Source: a virus
Taxonomy: Duplodnaviria; Heunggongvirae; Uroviricota; Caudoviricetes
IMG/VR virus record: IMGVR_UViG_2721755710_000002
DNA: 44,549 bases
Direction: 5' to 3' (one strand)
The notes beneath the pieces were generated by a model. It made no database searches. It was not told the DNA's origin and was given only the letters and a program-made list of their open reading frames with translations. The first letter of the stretch is position 1, and each line of letters opens with the position of its first letter. This document shows, in pieces, positions 8,154 through 16,892 of the stretch. The position numbers were made by a program, and so were the translations under genes.

Positions 8154-8806
8154 TGAGTAATAAATATTGCCAGGCGCTGGTGGAACTGCGGAACAAACCA
8201 GCCCATGAACTGAAGGAAGTGGGCGATCAGTGGCGCACGCCGGATAACATTTTCTGGGGAATTAACACCCTGTTTGGCCCGTTTGTTCTGGATCTGTTCA
8301 CTGATGGTGATAACGCCAAATGTGCCGCTTATTACACTGCGGAAGACAACGCGCTGGCGCATGACTGGTCTGAACGTCTTGCGGAGCTTAAAGGTGCTGC
8401 CTTTGGTAATCCCCCGTACAGCCGCGCCAGTCAGCATGAAGGGCAATACATCACCGGCATGCGTTACATCATGAAGCATGCTAGTGCCATGCGTGATAAG
8501 GGCGGACGCTATGTTTTCCTGATCAAAGCTGCCACCAGCGAAGTGTGGTGGCCGGAAGATGCAGATCATATTGCTTTTATTCGCGGGCGTATTGGTTTTG
8601 AACTGCCTGCCTGGTTTATCCCGAAGGACGAGAAGCAGGTGCCGACAGGCGCTTTCTTCGCTGGTGCTATTGCTGTTTTCGACAAGACCTGGAAGGGACC
8701 GGCAATCAGCTACATCGGGCGCGATGAACTTGAGGCATGTGGTGAGGCGTTTCTGGCGCAGGTTCGCCAGCAGGCAGAAAAACTGGTCAGGGAGATGGCG
8801 GCATGA
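8153..8806 (+). CDS. phage N6-adenine DNA methyltransferase (Dam-like, orphan)
   Basis: NPPY catalytic motif (…AAFGNPPYSRA…); start at the ATG overlapping the upstream stop (TAATG). Confidence 0.8.
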   Translation: MSNKYCQALVELRNKPAHELKEVGDQWRTPDNIFWGINTLFGPFVLDLFTDGDNAKCAAYYTAEDNALAHDWSERLAELKGAAFGNPPYSRASQHEGQYITGMRYIMKHASAMRDKGGRYVFLIKAATSEVWWPEDADHIAFIRGRIGFELPAWFIPKDEKQVPTGAFFAGAIAVFDKTWKGPAISYIGRDELEACGEAFLAQVRQQAEKLVREMAA

Positions 8807-9129
8807 CGACGTTAACTCAATGCCAGCAGCAGGTGCTGGATATGCTGATTTCTTATCAGAAAGAACGTGGCTTCCCGCCAACCAATCAGGAGGTGGCAAC
8901 CATGCTGGGATACCGTTCGGTGAATGCAGCGGTGGAGCATCTTCGCGCACTGGAGAAAAAAGGCGTCATCACGATAAAGCGTGGCGTGGCCCGGGGGATA
9001 ACGCTTCATACCGCGGTGAAGGACGACGACAGCGAGGCGGTCGGGATTATCCGCGCACTGCTTGCCGGTGAGGAAAACGCAAGGCTGCGTGCAACCCACT
9101 GGTTACATGAGAGGGACCTGAAAGTATGA
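8803..9129 (+). CDS. LexA-N-terminal-like winged-helix DNA-binding protein
   Basis: 108 aa; …QEVATMLGYRSVNAAVEHLRALEKKGVI… resembles the LexA DNA-binding domain without a peptidase domain. Confidence 0.55.
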   Translation: MTTLTQCQQQVLDMLISYQKERGFPPTNQEVATMLGYRSVNAAVEHLRALEKKGVITIKRGVARGITLHTAVKDDDSEAVGIIRALLAGEENARLRATHWLHERDLKV

Positions 9130-9515
9130 AGCTGATCCTGCCTTTTCCGCCCAGCGTGAACACGTACTGGCGACACCCCAACAAAGGGGCGTTTGCTGGT
9201 AAGAGCCTGATAAGCGCGGCGGGGCGAAAATTCCAGAGCGCGGCGTGCGCAGCAATAGTTGAGCAGTTACGTCGTCTGCCGAAACCAACGTCGGCACCTG
9301 CTTCAGTGGAGATCGTGTTGTTTCCTCCGGATAACCGGATCCGCGATCTGGACAACTATAACAAGGCGCTGTTTGACGCCCTGACCCACGCGGGTGTGTG
9401 GGAAGACGACAGCCAGGTGAAAAGAATGCTGGTGGAGTGGGGACCGGTTATCCCGGAAGGGAAGGTCGAGATCACTATCAGTAAGTACGAGAAAACGGCG
9501 GGTGCAGCCGCCTGA
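9126..9515 (+). CDS. rusA: RusA-family Holliday junction resolvase
   Basis: 129 aa; MKLILPFPPSVNTYWRH… and conserved acidic residues (DLDNYNKALFDAL) typical of RusA. Confidence 0.8.
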   Translation: MKLILPFPPSVNTYWRHPNKGAFAGKSLISAAGRKFQSAACAAIVEQLRRLPKPTSAPASVEIVLFPPDNRIRDLDNYNKALFDALTHAGVWEDDSQVKRMLVEWGPVIPEGKVEITISKYEKTAGAAA

Positions 9516-9534
9516 TCAAGAGGAGAAACGAAGT

Positions 9535-10332
9535 ATGAATAATCTGATGGTCATTGATGGTATTGAAGTTCGTCGTGATGCTTATGGGCGTTACAGCCTG
9601 AACGATCTGCACAGGGCTGCTGGTTCTCTGGATAAGCATAAGCCTGCATTCTGGCTCCGCAATGAGCAAACTGAACGTTTAATAAGCGAGTTGCAGATTT
9701 GCAACTCGGTCAATATAGAGCCAGTTAACGTTATTCGTGGCGGAAATAACCAGGGGACGTATGTCTGCAAAGAACTGGTGTATGCCTATGCAATGTGGAT
9801 CAGCCCGTCATTCCATCTGAAGGTGATCCGTACTTTCGACATGGTAACCAGCGCACCGGAAAAATTATCCGGACAGGCTGCTGACAAGATGCAGGCTGGT
9901 GTGATTCTGCTGGACTTTATGCGCCGGGAATTAAACCTGTCTAACTCTTCAGTGCTTGGTGCCTGTCAGAAACTCCAGGAGGCTGTTGGCTTACCGAATC
10001 TGGCACCGCGCTATGCCATTGATGCTCCTGCTGACGCGCCTGATGGCTCAAGCCGCCCCACGCTGTCACTGAGTGCACTGCTGAAGCAGTATGGTATCCG
10101 CCTGACAGCTAATCAGGCATATCACCAGATGGTGAAGCTGGGGATCGTCGAGCAGCGCGAACGATACAGCCGTACCGCGATTAACAACATCAAAAAATTC
10201 TGGTCGCTGACAGCGAAAGGCTGCATGTTCGGCAAGAATATCACCAGTCCCGCAAATCCGCGCGAGACGCAGCCGCATTTCTTCGAATCCCGATTCCCTG
10301 AGCTGTTAAAGCTGCTCGATACCGTTCATTGA
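9535..10332 (+). CDS. KilA-N domain protein
   Basis: N-terminal KilA-N-like region (…YSLNDLHRAAG… / …KELVYAYAMWISPSFHLKV…); start at the ATG preceded by GAGGAGAAA. Confidence 0.7.
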   Translation: MNNLMVIDGIEVRRDAYGRYSLNDLHRAAGSLDKHKPAFWLRNEQTERLISELQICNSVNIEPVNVIRGGNNQGTYVCKELVYAYAMWISPSFHLKVIRTFDMVTSAPEKLSGQAADKMQAGVILLDFMRRELNLSNSSVLGACQKLQEAVGLPNLAPRYAIDAPADAPDGSSRPTLSLSALLKQYGIRLTANQAYHQMVKLGIVEQRERYSRTAINNIKKFWSLTAKGCMFGKNITSPANPRETQPHFFESRFPELLKLLDTVH

Positions 10333-10333
10333 G

Positions 10334-11329
10334 GTGACCGTGAGAGCACTACTGACCCCTGAAATTGCCCCGCGTATGGGGATCGTATTGTTCAGGCCAG
10401 GTTCAGAGTTGATGCCCCTGTTTATGCAGGGGCGTGTCCTGCTGGAGCCTGAGCCGGAACGTTATTCATCTTTCGCCAGTGGTGCAGTTCCGGCGGCATC
10501 ACAACCGCTGGCGGATGATCCTGCCGTTCGGGCCGTGTTCCGCAATGAGGCAGTGATCCGTCGTGCTGGTGGCGTGGAATGTCTTGAAAGCTGGTTACTT
10601 CGTGAAAAAGGCTGCCAGTGGCCTCATTCCGACTGGCACAGCGAGAACATGACCACAATGCGACACGCTCCGGGCGCAATCCGTCTGTGCTGGCACTGCG
10701 ATAACCAGCTGCGCGATCAGTTCACGGAACGGCTGGAATCAATGGCAACGGATAACTGTGCCCGCTGGGTGTTGTCTGTTGTGCGTCGGGATCTCGGTTT
10801 TGATGACAGTCACGTTGTGACAATGCCGGAACTGTGCTGGTGGCTGATTCGTAATGATCTGGCGGATGCCTTACCGGAAAGTGCAGCCCGTAAGGCACTG
10901 AGATTACCGAAGCCTGTTGTGCCGTCTGTTACCCGGGAAAGTGACCTTGTGCCTTCGGTTCCTGCCACCAGCATCATCCAGGATAAGGCGAAAAAGGTGC
11001 TGGCGCTGAAAGTGGATCCGGAGTCGCCGGAGTCTTTTATGTTACGCCCAAAACGTCGCCGCTGGGTTAATGAAAAGTACACGCGCTGGGTTAAGACACA
11101 GCCGTGTGCATGTTGTGGAAAGCCCGCTGATGATCCCCACCACCTGATAGGTCACGGTCAGGGTGGAATGGGAACAAAAGCGCATGACCTTTTTGTGTTG
11201 CCTTTGTGCAGAAAGCATCACGACGAGCTGCATGCGGATACCGTGGCATTTGAAGAGAAGTATGGCTCCCAGCTGGAGCTGATATTTCGTTTTATCGATC
11301 GTGCGCTGGCAATTGGCGTGCTGGCCTGA
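10334..11329 (+). CDS. DUF968-family phage protein (C-terminal Cys/His HNH-like motif)
   Basis: GTG start; C-terminal …CACCGKPADDPHHLIGHGQGGMGTKAHDLFVLPLCRKHHDELH…. Confidence 0.65.
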   Translation: MTVRALLTPEIAPRMGIVLFRPGSELMPLFMQGRVLLEPEPERYSSFASGAVPAASQPLADDPAVRAVFRNEAVIRRAGGVECLESWLLREKGCQWPHSDWHSENMTTMRHAPGAIRLCWHCDNQLRDQFTERLESMATDNCARWVLSVVRRDLGFDDSHVVTMPELCWWLIRNDLADALPESAARKALRLPKPVVPSVTRESDLVPSVPATSIIQDKAKKVLALKVDPESPESFMLRPKRRRWVNEKYTRWVKTQPCACCGKPADDPHHLIGHGQGGMGTKAHDLFVLPLCRKHHDELHADTVAFEEKYGSQLELIFRFIDRALAIGVLA

Positions 11330-11346
11330 TTTTGTGGAGAAAGTTG

Positions 11347-11688
11347 ATGCGTGATATGTATGAAGTATTGGACCGCTGGGGTGCATGGGCTGCAGCAGAT
11401 AACAGTGGTGTGGACTGGCAGCCTGTTGCTGCAGGGTTTAAAGGTTTACTACCTCATGGAAAGAAAACACGCCAACAATGCGATGATGATGAAGGAATCA
11501 TGATTGACAGCTGTGTTGCGCGATTGCGGAAATATAAGCCCGAAGAGTATGAGTTGGTTATTGCTCATTTTGTTATCGGCATCTCACTAAGAGCTATTGC
11601 AAAGAAGCAGAAGTGTTCTGATGGGACAATAAGAAAAGAGTTGCAAACAGCTCTTGGTTTTCTGGATGGTGTGCTTTCAATGTTGTAA
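11347..11688 (+). CDS. Q: late-gene antiterminator Q (phage 82-type)
   Basis: …VLDRWGAWAA…GFKGLLP… plus a Cys-rich segment resemble the phage-82 Q family (recalled); GGAGA RBS 6 nt upstream of the ATG. Confidence 0.7.
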   Translation: MRDMYEVLDRWGAWAAADNSGVDWQPVAAGFKGLLPHGKKTRQQCDDDEGIMIDSCVARLRKYKPEEYELVIAHFVIGISLRAIAKKQKCSDGTIRKELQTALGFLDGVLSML

Positions 11689-11692
11689 TATT

Positions 11693-11717
11693 AGGGGGAA
11701 TTACCCCCCTTTTTTTC
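11693..11717. terminator. intrinsic terminator immediately after Q, probably bidirectional
   Basis: GGGGG-aatta-CCCCCC stem followed by TTTTTTT on the plus strand; it also lies at the 3' end of the minus-strand cassette. Confidence 0.6.
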
Positions 11718-12249
11718 TCTGTTGCTTTAATAAAATTTTAATATTTTGTCTGATTATGATGAGGCAATGTAATAAAAGAAATACCGTTAGTATTGCAAGC
11801 CATACGCAAAATAAGCATGCATATAAATTAGTTGAAAGTCCAATAGTGAATTGTGCAATTGCTGTTGTGATAGAACATAATATTGATGTATTAATAAATG
11901 AGGATAAATTGTCTAAAGGTTTATAAAGTACACTATCATTGATTTTGTCAATAGGTATACCAGTGGCAATGCTATAAATTTCCTTATATTCCTGAGTTGC
12001 AAAAACCTTATCGCGTAAATTTATTATGACAAAGGTATGCAGGCTCAATAAAAATGAACCCACGGAAATAAAACCGGAGAAGAGATAGCCTCGTAAGTTT
12101 TTATGATAAAAATCAAAAAAGTTAACACTTACTTTAGGTGTGTTTCTGTACAATAGGTAAAGTGCAAGCAATGCCAGGATCGAGAATGCAAGCAGTGTAA
12201 TGTACTGATACCTCAATCTTTTATTTATTAGCCATTCATATAAAGGCAT
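11701..12249 (-). CDS. hypothetical integral membrane protein (about 4 TM helices), AT-rich cargo gene
   Basis: 182 aa with four hydrophobic segments (YITLLAFSILALLALYLLY; LFSGFISVGSFLLSLHTFVII; ILCSITTAIAQFTIGL; LYACLFCVWLAILTVFLLLHCLIII); overlaps the upstream gene by 14 nt. Confidence 0.6.
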   Translation of the reverse strand: MPLYEWLINKRLRYQYITLLAFSILALLALYLLYRNTPKVSVNFFDFYHKNLRGYLFSGFISVGSFLLSLHTFVIINLRDKVFATQEYKEIYSIATGIPIDKINDSVLYKPLDNLSSFINTSILCSITTAIAQFTIGLSTNLYACLFCVWLAILTVFLLLHCLIIIRQNIKILLKQQRKKGG

Positions 12250-13162
12250 TTTTATTCGTCCCGTTCAGCATTTCTTCTTTTATCATATCAAAAACAGGGT
12301 TTGTTGTATAATTATCGTTTGTCAATCCATTGACTTTATCGGCAATTATATCGAAATCGTATGTTTCAAAAAAAACAGGGCAGTTCATAAAATCAATGGT
12401 TTTTTCTATTCCTGCATGGTTTACTGCAATAACCTGTGCTTTAGCAACTCCACTCATAGAATTATAAATATTTGAAAGATTCTGAGATAGTTGTTGCACT
12501 TTTGTTCTGTCGCTAGAATTAAAATTCATATCTATTGTGGTGGTGTTAACAAATTGTTCAAGCGCAGTCATTGGTCCACCTTTAAAATCTATATAATTAA
12601 ATTTAAAGCTTGTGCTTTTAATCTCTTTGAATTGACATAAAACACTCTGAATGTTGTTTTTATTTGTCATAAGGCTGAAAGTCAGTCTTTCTTTGTATTT
12701 TTTATTTATTGCAGTTACTTCTTTTTGTTTTGGTTTATCACCAAGTTTTTTTATTTCTTCTTTATTTTGATTTCTGATAAATTCATTACTTATTGTTTCT
12801 AAATGAGAAAAGAGAGTGTTCAGACTGCATGAACCGTGGTGATACATATAGAGACCAGAAAGATTAGATTTTTTAATTAAGAAAAAGTTGAAATTAGCAA
12901 GTTTGTCACTTCCTTGAAGATCTTCAATTTTAAGCTGGAATTTACCATCAACAAATTGCGACTTACAGTTCTTTTTTTGGTTTCTGAATGTGACAACTAA
13001 TCCATAATAGAAATCATTCACATCCGAAATGAGAATTTTACGAGTATAGTCTGTGCGACTGTGTTCTCTGTTTGATGCGTTGATAAAAGCATTCATTACG
13101 TCAACGGTATTAATATTTTTGTTATTGTTATTTATTGTAAATCCTATGCTTCTAACTTTCAT
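12236..13162 (-). CDS. hypothetical soluble protein (308 aa), AT-rich cargo gene
   Basis: Long Lys/Asn-rich ORF antisense to the phage backbone; no Walker, HEPN, cyclase or nuclease motif recognised. Confidence 0.6.
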   Translation of the reverse strand: MKVRSIGFTINNNNKNINTVDVMNAFINASNREHSRTDYTRKILISDVNDFYYGLVVTFRNQKKNCKSQFVDGKFQLKIEDLQGSDKLANFNFFLIKKSNLSGLYMYHHGSCSLNTLFSHLETISNEFIRNQNKEEIKKLGDKPKQKEVTAINKKYKERLTFSLMTNKNNIQSVLCQFKEIKSTSFKFNYIDFKGGPMTALEQFVNTTTIDMNFNSSDRTKVQQLSQNLSNIYNSMSGVAKAQVIAVNHAGIEKTIDFMNCPVFFETYDFDIIADKVNGLTNDNYTTNPVFDMIKEEMLNGTNKNAFI

Positions 13163-13282
13163 GTGTATTCCAGGACCGACTAAAGATAGCGAGAATGGGG
13201 ACGCATAGTTTATAAAAACCCTAACGCGTACGCAAAAAGTATTATATCGTGTTAAGAGTGGTTACTTCGCCACACAGCTTAA

Positions 13283-13305
13283 ACCCGCCGCTGAGCGGTT
13301 TTTTT
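13283..13305 (+). terminator. short GC hairpin plus T7 run (candidate tR'-like terminator or insulator)
   Basis: CCGC-tga-GCGG followed by TTTTTTT on the plus strand; the stem is short, so strength is uncertain. Confidence 0.4.
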
Positions 13306-13426
13306 GTACCTGTAAACCTGGTGCAGTACAGTAAACACGCTGGTGGTCGTGAATACTGGCTTTTTATCTTGCTGGCTTTTTAGACAAGAGTTATTGGTAT
13401 GTCATGTTAACCAGAAGGGAAAAAAC

Positions 13427-13630
13427 ATGCTAAAACAGCAAGATATGACAGAAACCGCCGCCGCAGTCCTTCATTTCTTACCTGCTGACAAGTGGGTAAC
13501 GCCACGCATGATGACGAGAACTACCGGAGTAAGCGAAGCCCGGTGCCAGTTAATACTGACTCAGTTAGTTCTGGCGGGTCTGGCGAAGGATAACGGCGGG
13601 TACGGGAATAAATTCAGACGCTGCCAGTAA
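13427..13630 (+). CDS. hypothetical small protein (67 aa)
   Basis: ORF from the internal ATG preceded by AAGGGAAA; no recognised motif. Confidence 0.35.
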   Translation: MLKQQDMTETAAAVLHFLPADKWVTPRMMTRTTGVSEARCQLILTQLVLAGLAKDNGGYGNKFRRCQ

Positions 13631-13780
13631 TGGCGGTTTCCTGCTGTGAAAATGGGCGGCTGGTGGGTGTTGGTAGCACCTGCCAGCCATTCGCTCATGC
13701 TTACTGGTCACAAGCGAACCACGGCCCACTGCTTTAGCGCAAAAGCAGAGTGAGCCTACCAGAGTTACGCTTACTGATCC

Positions 13781-14833
13781 ATGAAAAATACTGTAAAAAT
13801 AAACAGTGTTGATTTAATCAACGCTGATTGCCTGCATTTTATTCAGTCCCTGCCTGATGATTCCATTGACCTGATTGTTACCGATCCGCCGTACTTCAAG
13901 GTGAAACCAAACGGCTGGGACAATCAGTGGAAAGGGGACGAAGATTACCTTAAGTGGCTGGACCACTGTCTGGCCCAGTTCTGGCGGGTGTTAAAACCTG
14001 CCGGAAGCCTTTACCTGTTCTGTGGGCATCGCCTGGCATCTGATATTGAGATCATGATGCGTGAACGTTTCAACGTGCTTAACCATATCATCTGGGCGAA
14101 GCCGTCCGGACGTTGGAATGGGTGTAATAAAGAAAGTCTGCGCGCATATTTTCCTGCCACAGAGCGCGTTCTGTTTGCTGAACATTACCAGGGGCCATAT
14201 CGCGGCAAAAGTGACGGCTATGCGGCAAAAGAAAGGGAACTCAAACAGCACATAATGGCACCGCTGATATCGTATTTCAGGGATGCTCGTGCCGAACTGG
14301 GTATAACGGCAAAACAAATTGCCGAAGCCACAGGTAAGAAAAATATGGTTTCCCACTGGTTTGGTGCCAGTCAGTGGCAGTTGCCGAATGAGGCTGACTA
14401 TCGGAAGTTACAGGCACTGTTTTCCCGTATAGCGGCAGAGAAGTTTCAGGAACAACAACTGGAACAACCACACCACCAGCTGGTGGCATCTTATGATTCA
14501 CTGAATCGCAAATATTCTGAATTGCTGGATGAGTTTAAATCTCTCCGGCGCTATTTCTCCGTATCAGTCTCCGTGCCTTATACCGATGTCTGGATGCATA
14601 AACCCGTTCAGTTCTACCCGGGTAAACATCCGTGTGAGAAACCGGCGGATATGCTCAGGCAAATAATCAATGCCAGTAGTCGACCTGGTGATCTGGTTGC
14701 TGATTTTTTTATGGGATCCGGTTCCACAATAAAAGCAGCAATGGCGCTGGGGCGTCGGGCCTTAGGTGTTGAGCTTGAGTCAGAGCGGTTTAACCAGACA
14801 GTGAAAGAGATAAACGAGCTGCTGGGGAAATAA
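13781..14833 (+). CDS. DNA methyltransferase (amino-MTase, DPPY motif first, FxGSGST near C-terminus)
   Basis: …[10 protein letters not shown]… and …[10 protein letters not shown]… motifs; no adjacent endonuclease candidate, so apparently orphan. Confidence 0.8.
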
Positions 14834-14839
14834 TCTGGT

Positions 14840-14865
14840 GGCCACGTCAGGTGGCCTTTTTATTT
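14840..14865 (+). terminator. intrinsic terminator-like hairpin after the methyltransferase gene
   Basis: GGCCAC-gtcag-GTGGCC followed by TTTTTATTT. Confidence 0.5.
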
Positions 14866-14900
14866 CCATTACACAGCACCCGCATCTGCGAGGTGGGGTT

Positions 14901-15116
14901 ATGAAATCCATGGATAAGTTAACAACGGGTGTCGCCTATGGCACCTCAGCAGGTAGTGCCGGGTACTGGTTTTTACAGTTGCTCGATAAAGTCACGCCCT
15001 CACAGTGGGCGGCAATAGGTGTGCTGGGTAGTCTGGTATTTGGCCTGCTGACGTACCTGACAAACCTTTATTTCAAGATTAAAGAAGATAAGCGCAAGGC
15101 TGCGAGAGGTGAATAA
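14901..15116 (+). CDS. pinholin (phage 21 S-type) with dual-start motif
   Basis: MKSMDKL… dual Met start; the body closely matches the recalled S21 sequence (…[17 protein letters not shown]…[13 protein letters not shown]…[11 protein letters not shown]…RKAARGE). Confidence 0.8.
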
Positions 15117-15613
15117 TGCCTCCATCATTACGAAAAGCAGTTGCTGCTGCTATTGGTGGCGGAGCAATTGCTATAGCATCAGTGTTAATCACTGGCCCAA
15201 GTGGTGACGATGGCCTGGAAGGTGTCAGCTACATACCATACAAAGATATCGTTGGCGTATGGACTGTATGTCACGGACACACCGGAAAAGACATCATGCT
15301 CGGTAAAACGTATACCGAAGCAGAATGCAAAGCCCTCCTGAATAAAGACCTTGCCACGGTTGCCAGACAAATTAACCCGTACATCAAAGTCGATATACCG
15401 GAAACAACGCGCGGCGCTCTTTACTCGTTCGTCTACAACGTGGGGGCTGGCAATTTCAGAACATCGACGCTTCTTCGCAAAATAAACCAGGGCGATATCA
15501 AAGGCGCATGTGACCAGCTACGTCGCTGGATATACGCTGGCGGTAAGCAATGGAAAGGCCTGATGACTCGTCGTGAGATTGAGCGTGAAGTCTGTTTGTG
15601 GGGGCAACAATGA
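15116..15613 (+). CDS. SAR (signal-anchor-release) endolysin, lysozyme family
   Basis: N-terminal Gly/Ala-rich weakly hydrophobic segment [18 protein letters not shown] followed by a lysozyme-like domain; sits between holin and Rz. Confidence 0.8.
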   Translation: MPPSLRKAVAAAIGGGAIAIASVLITGPSGDDGLEGVSYIPYKDIVGVWTVCHGHTGKDIMLGKTYTEAECKALLNKDLATVARQINPYIKVDIPETTRGALYSFVYNVGAGNFRTSTLLRKINQGDIKGACDQLRRWIYAGGKQWKGLMTRREIEREVCLWGQQ

Positions 15614-16077
15614 GCAGAGTAACCGCGATTATCTCCGCTCTGGTTATCTGCATCATCGTCTGCCTGTCGTGGGCGGTCAATCATTACCGTGATAACGCCA
15701 TCGCCTACAAAGAACAGCGAGATAAAAAAGTCAGTGAGCTGAAGCAGGCGACCGCCACCATTACTGACATGCAGCAACGCCAGCGTGCTGCTGATGTACT
15801 CGATGCTAAATACACGAAGGAGTTGGCTAATGCGAAAGCTGAAAATGATGCTCTTCGGCGCAAGCTTGATAATGGTGGTCGGGTGCTCGTCAAAGGAAAA
15901 TGCTCTGTGCCATCCGCAGCCGAAACTTCCAGCGCCTCCGGCATGGGCAATGATGCCACCGTCGAACTCTCTCCAGTTGCTGGACGAAACGTTCTCGGTA
16001 TCCGGGACGGAATCATCAGAGACCAGACAGCACTGAGAACGCTTCAGGAATATATCAGGACGCAATGCCTTCGATGA
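15610..16077 (+). CDS. i-spanin Rz
   Basis: ATGA overlap with the endolysin stop; N-terminal TM helix then coiled-coil-rich periplasmic domain. Confidence 0.7.
   Translation: MSRVTAIISALVICIIVCLSWAVNHYRDNAIAYKEQRDKKVSELKQATATITDMQQRQRAADVLDAKYTKELANAKAENDALRRKLDNGGRVLVKGKCSVPSAAETSSASGMGNDATVELSPVAGRNVLGIRDGIIRDQTALRTLQEYIRTQCLR
15830..16036 (+). CDS. o-spanin Rz1 (lipoprotein, embedded in +1 frame of Rz)
   Basis: Signal peptide with lipobox (…LIMVVGC…) and Pro-rich mature region, fully inside Rz. Confidence 0.65.
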   Translation: MRKLKMMLFGASLIMVVGCSSKENALCHPQPKLPAPPAWAMMPPSNSLQLLDETFSVSGTESSETRQH

Positions 16078-16245
16078 TAGCGATAATTTTACTCATCATC
16101 CTTCACATTTGGCTCTGTAGACAGGGTGGTGATCACTTCTGGAGTGAATCCAGATTAAACATCTCATTGCTGATGCTTGAAGTTGAGCATCTGGCGCGCG
16201 GTAAGGGGCTGCGTTGAGATAAGAGCCAGTCATTACAAATACCAG

Positions 16246-16314
16246 GATTTAGCCTCGTATTCGCGGGGCTTTTTATTGCCATTACAAAAGCCACTCCCTA
16301 CAGAGTGGCTTTGA
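16246..16314 (+). terminator. two tandem hairpins downstream of the lysis cassette
   Basis: AGCCTCG-tattcg-CGGGGCT followed by TTTTT (16246..16270), and a perfect 10-bp stem AAAGCCACTC-cctaca-GAGTGGCTTT (16287..16312). Confidence 0.45.
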
Positions 16315-16706
16315 TAATGGCTTATACCCTACACGGGATAACTTAACTGATATCCCTTTTAACGGATAAAGGTATTCAAGCCTGACACATCATGCGCTGT
16401 ATCGTCGCCGTATTCCCGTATTAACAGAGACCGTAGCCCGACGGGGAACTCCTTCTGCGAGAGTGTGCGGGAATAATCAAAAACGATGCACACCGGGTTT
16501 TTACCGCGTTTATGGTTCGCGGGTTTGTCCCTCATGCTCGCCAGTCCTGTGCGGGGGTGGAAGAAACAGGATACTCACACAGATTCTTGTGGGCACGATG
16601 CTATTCCTTTCTGGATTATCCCGATGCCATTCATGCAAGGCGCTGTATCAGACGTTCGTCATGGCTGTCAGGCTGACGGGTCCTCCCGGTGGGGTGGTCT
16701 GCCACG

Positions 16707-16718
16707 GGGCGGGAGCGT
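16707..16718 (+). other. cos: candidate cosN cohesive-end site (GGGCGGGAGCGT), lambda-like
   Basis: ACG-GGGCGGGAGCGT-CGCGG parallels the recalled lambda ACG-GGGCGGCGACCT-CGCGG context; the terminase small subunit gene starts ~187 nt downstream, as Nu1 does in lambda. Confidence 0.55.
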
Positions 16719-16892
16719 CGCGGAAAAAGGCTAGTTTTTGAAATTTTATTCGTCATCACCACCAATGTAATTGATTGATATTACAGTGATTTTATTTTTA
16801 TGGTGTCGATTCTGATTGTTTTTTGTTCATCACTAACACCGTTTGCCTAAAGTTGTTCGCAAGATGCATGTTTAAAACATTCTGGAGCGGGT

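Noticed and set aside
8150-8950. 266-codon ORF antisense to the Dam-like methyltransferase and neighbours
   Set aside because: Overlaps three well-supported, operon-coupled forward genes; no start context; composition-driven open frame.
13631-13780. Possible tRNA gene between the small ORF and the methyltransferase, as seen in some lambda-like phages downstream of Q
   Set aside because: No T-loop (GTTCNANNC-type) or acceptor-stem pairing could be found by eye; treated as plain intergenic sequence.
15433-16065. 210-codon ORF antisense to the endolysin/Rz region
   Set aside because: Antisense to the coherent lysis cassette; no supporting motif or RBS.
16463-16741. Two overlapping plus-strand ORFs (92 and 82 codons) upstream of the terminase genes
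   Set aside because: They run through the candidate cos site and its flanking A/T tracts, with no start context; this region is expected to be non-coding packaging signal.
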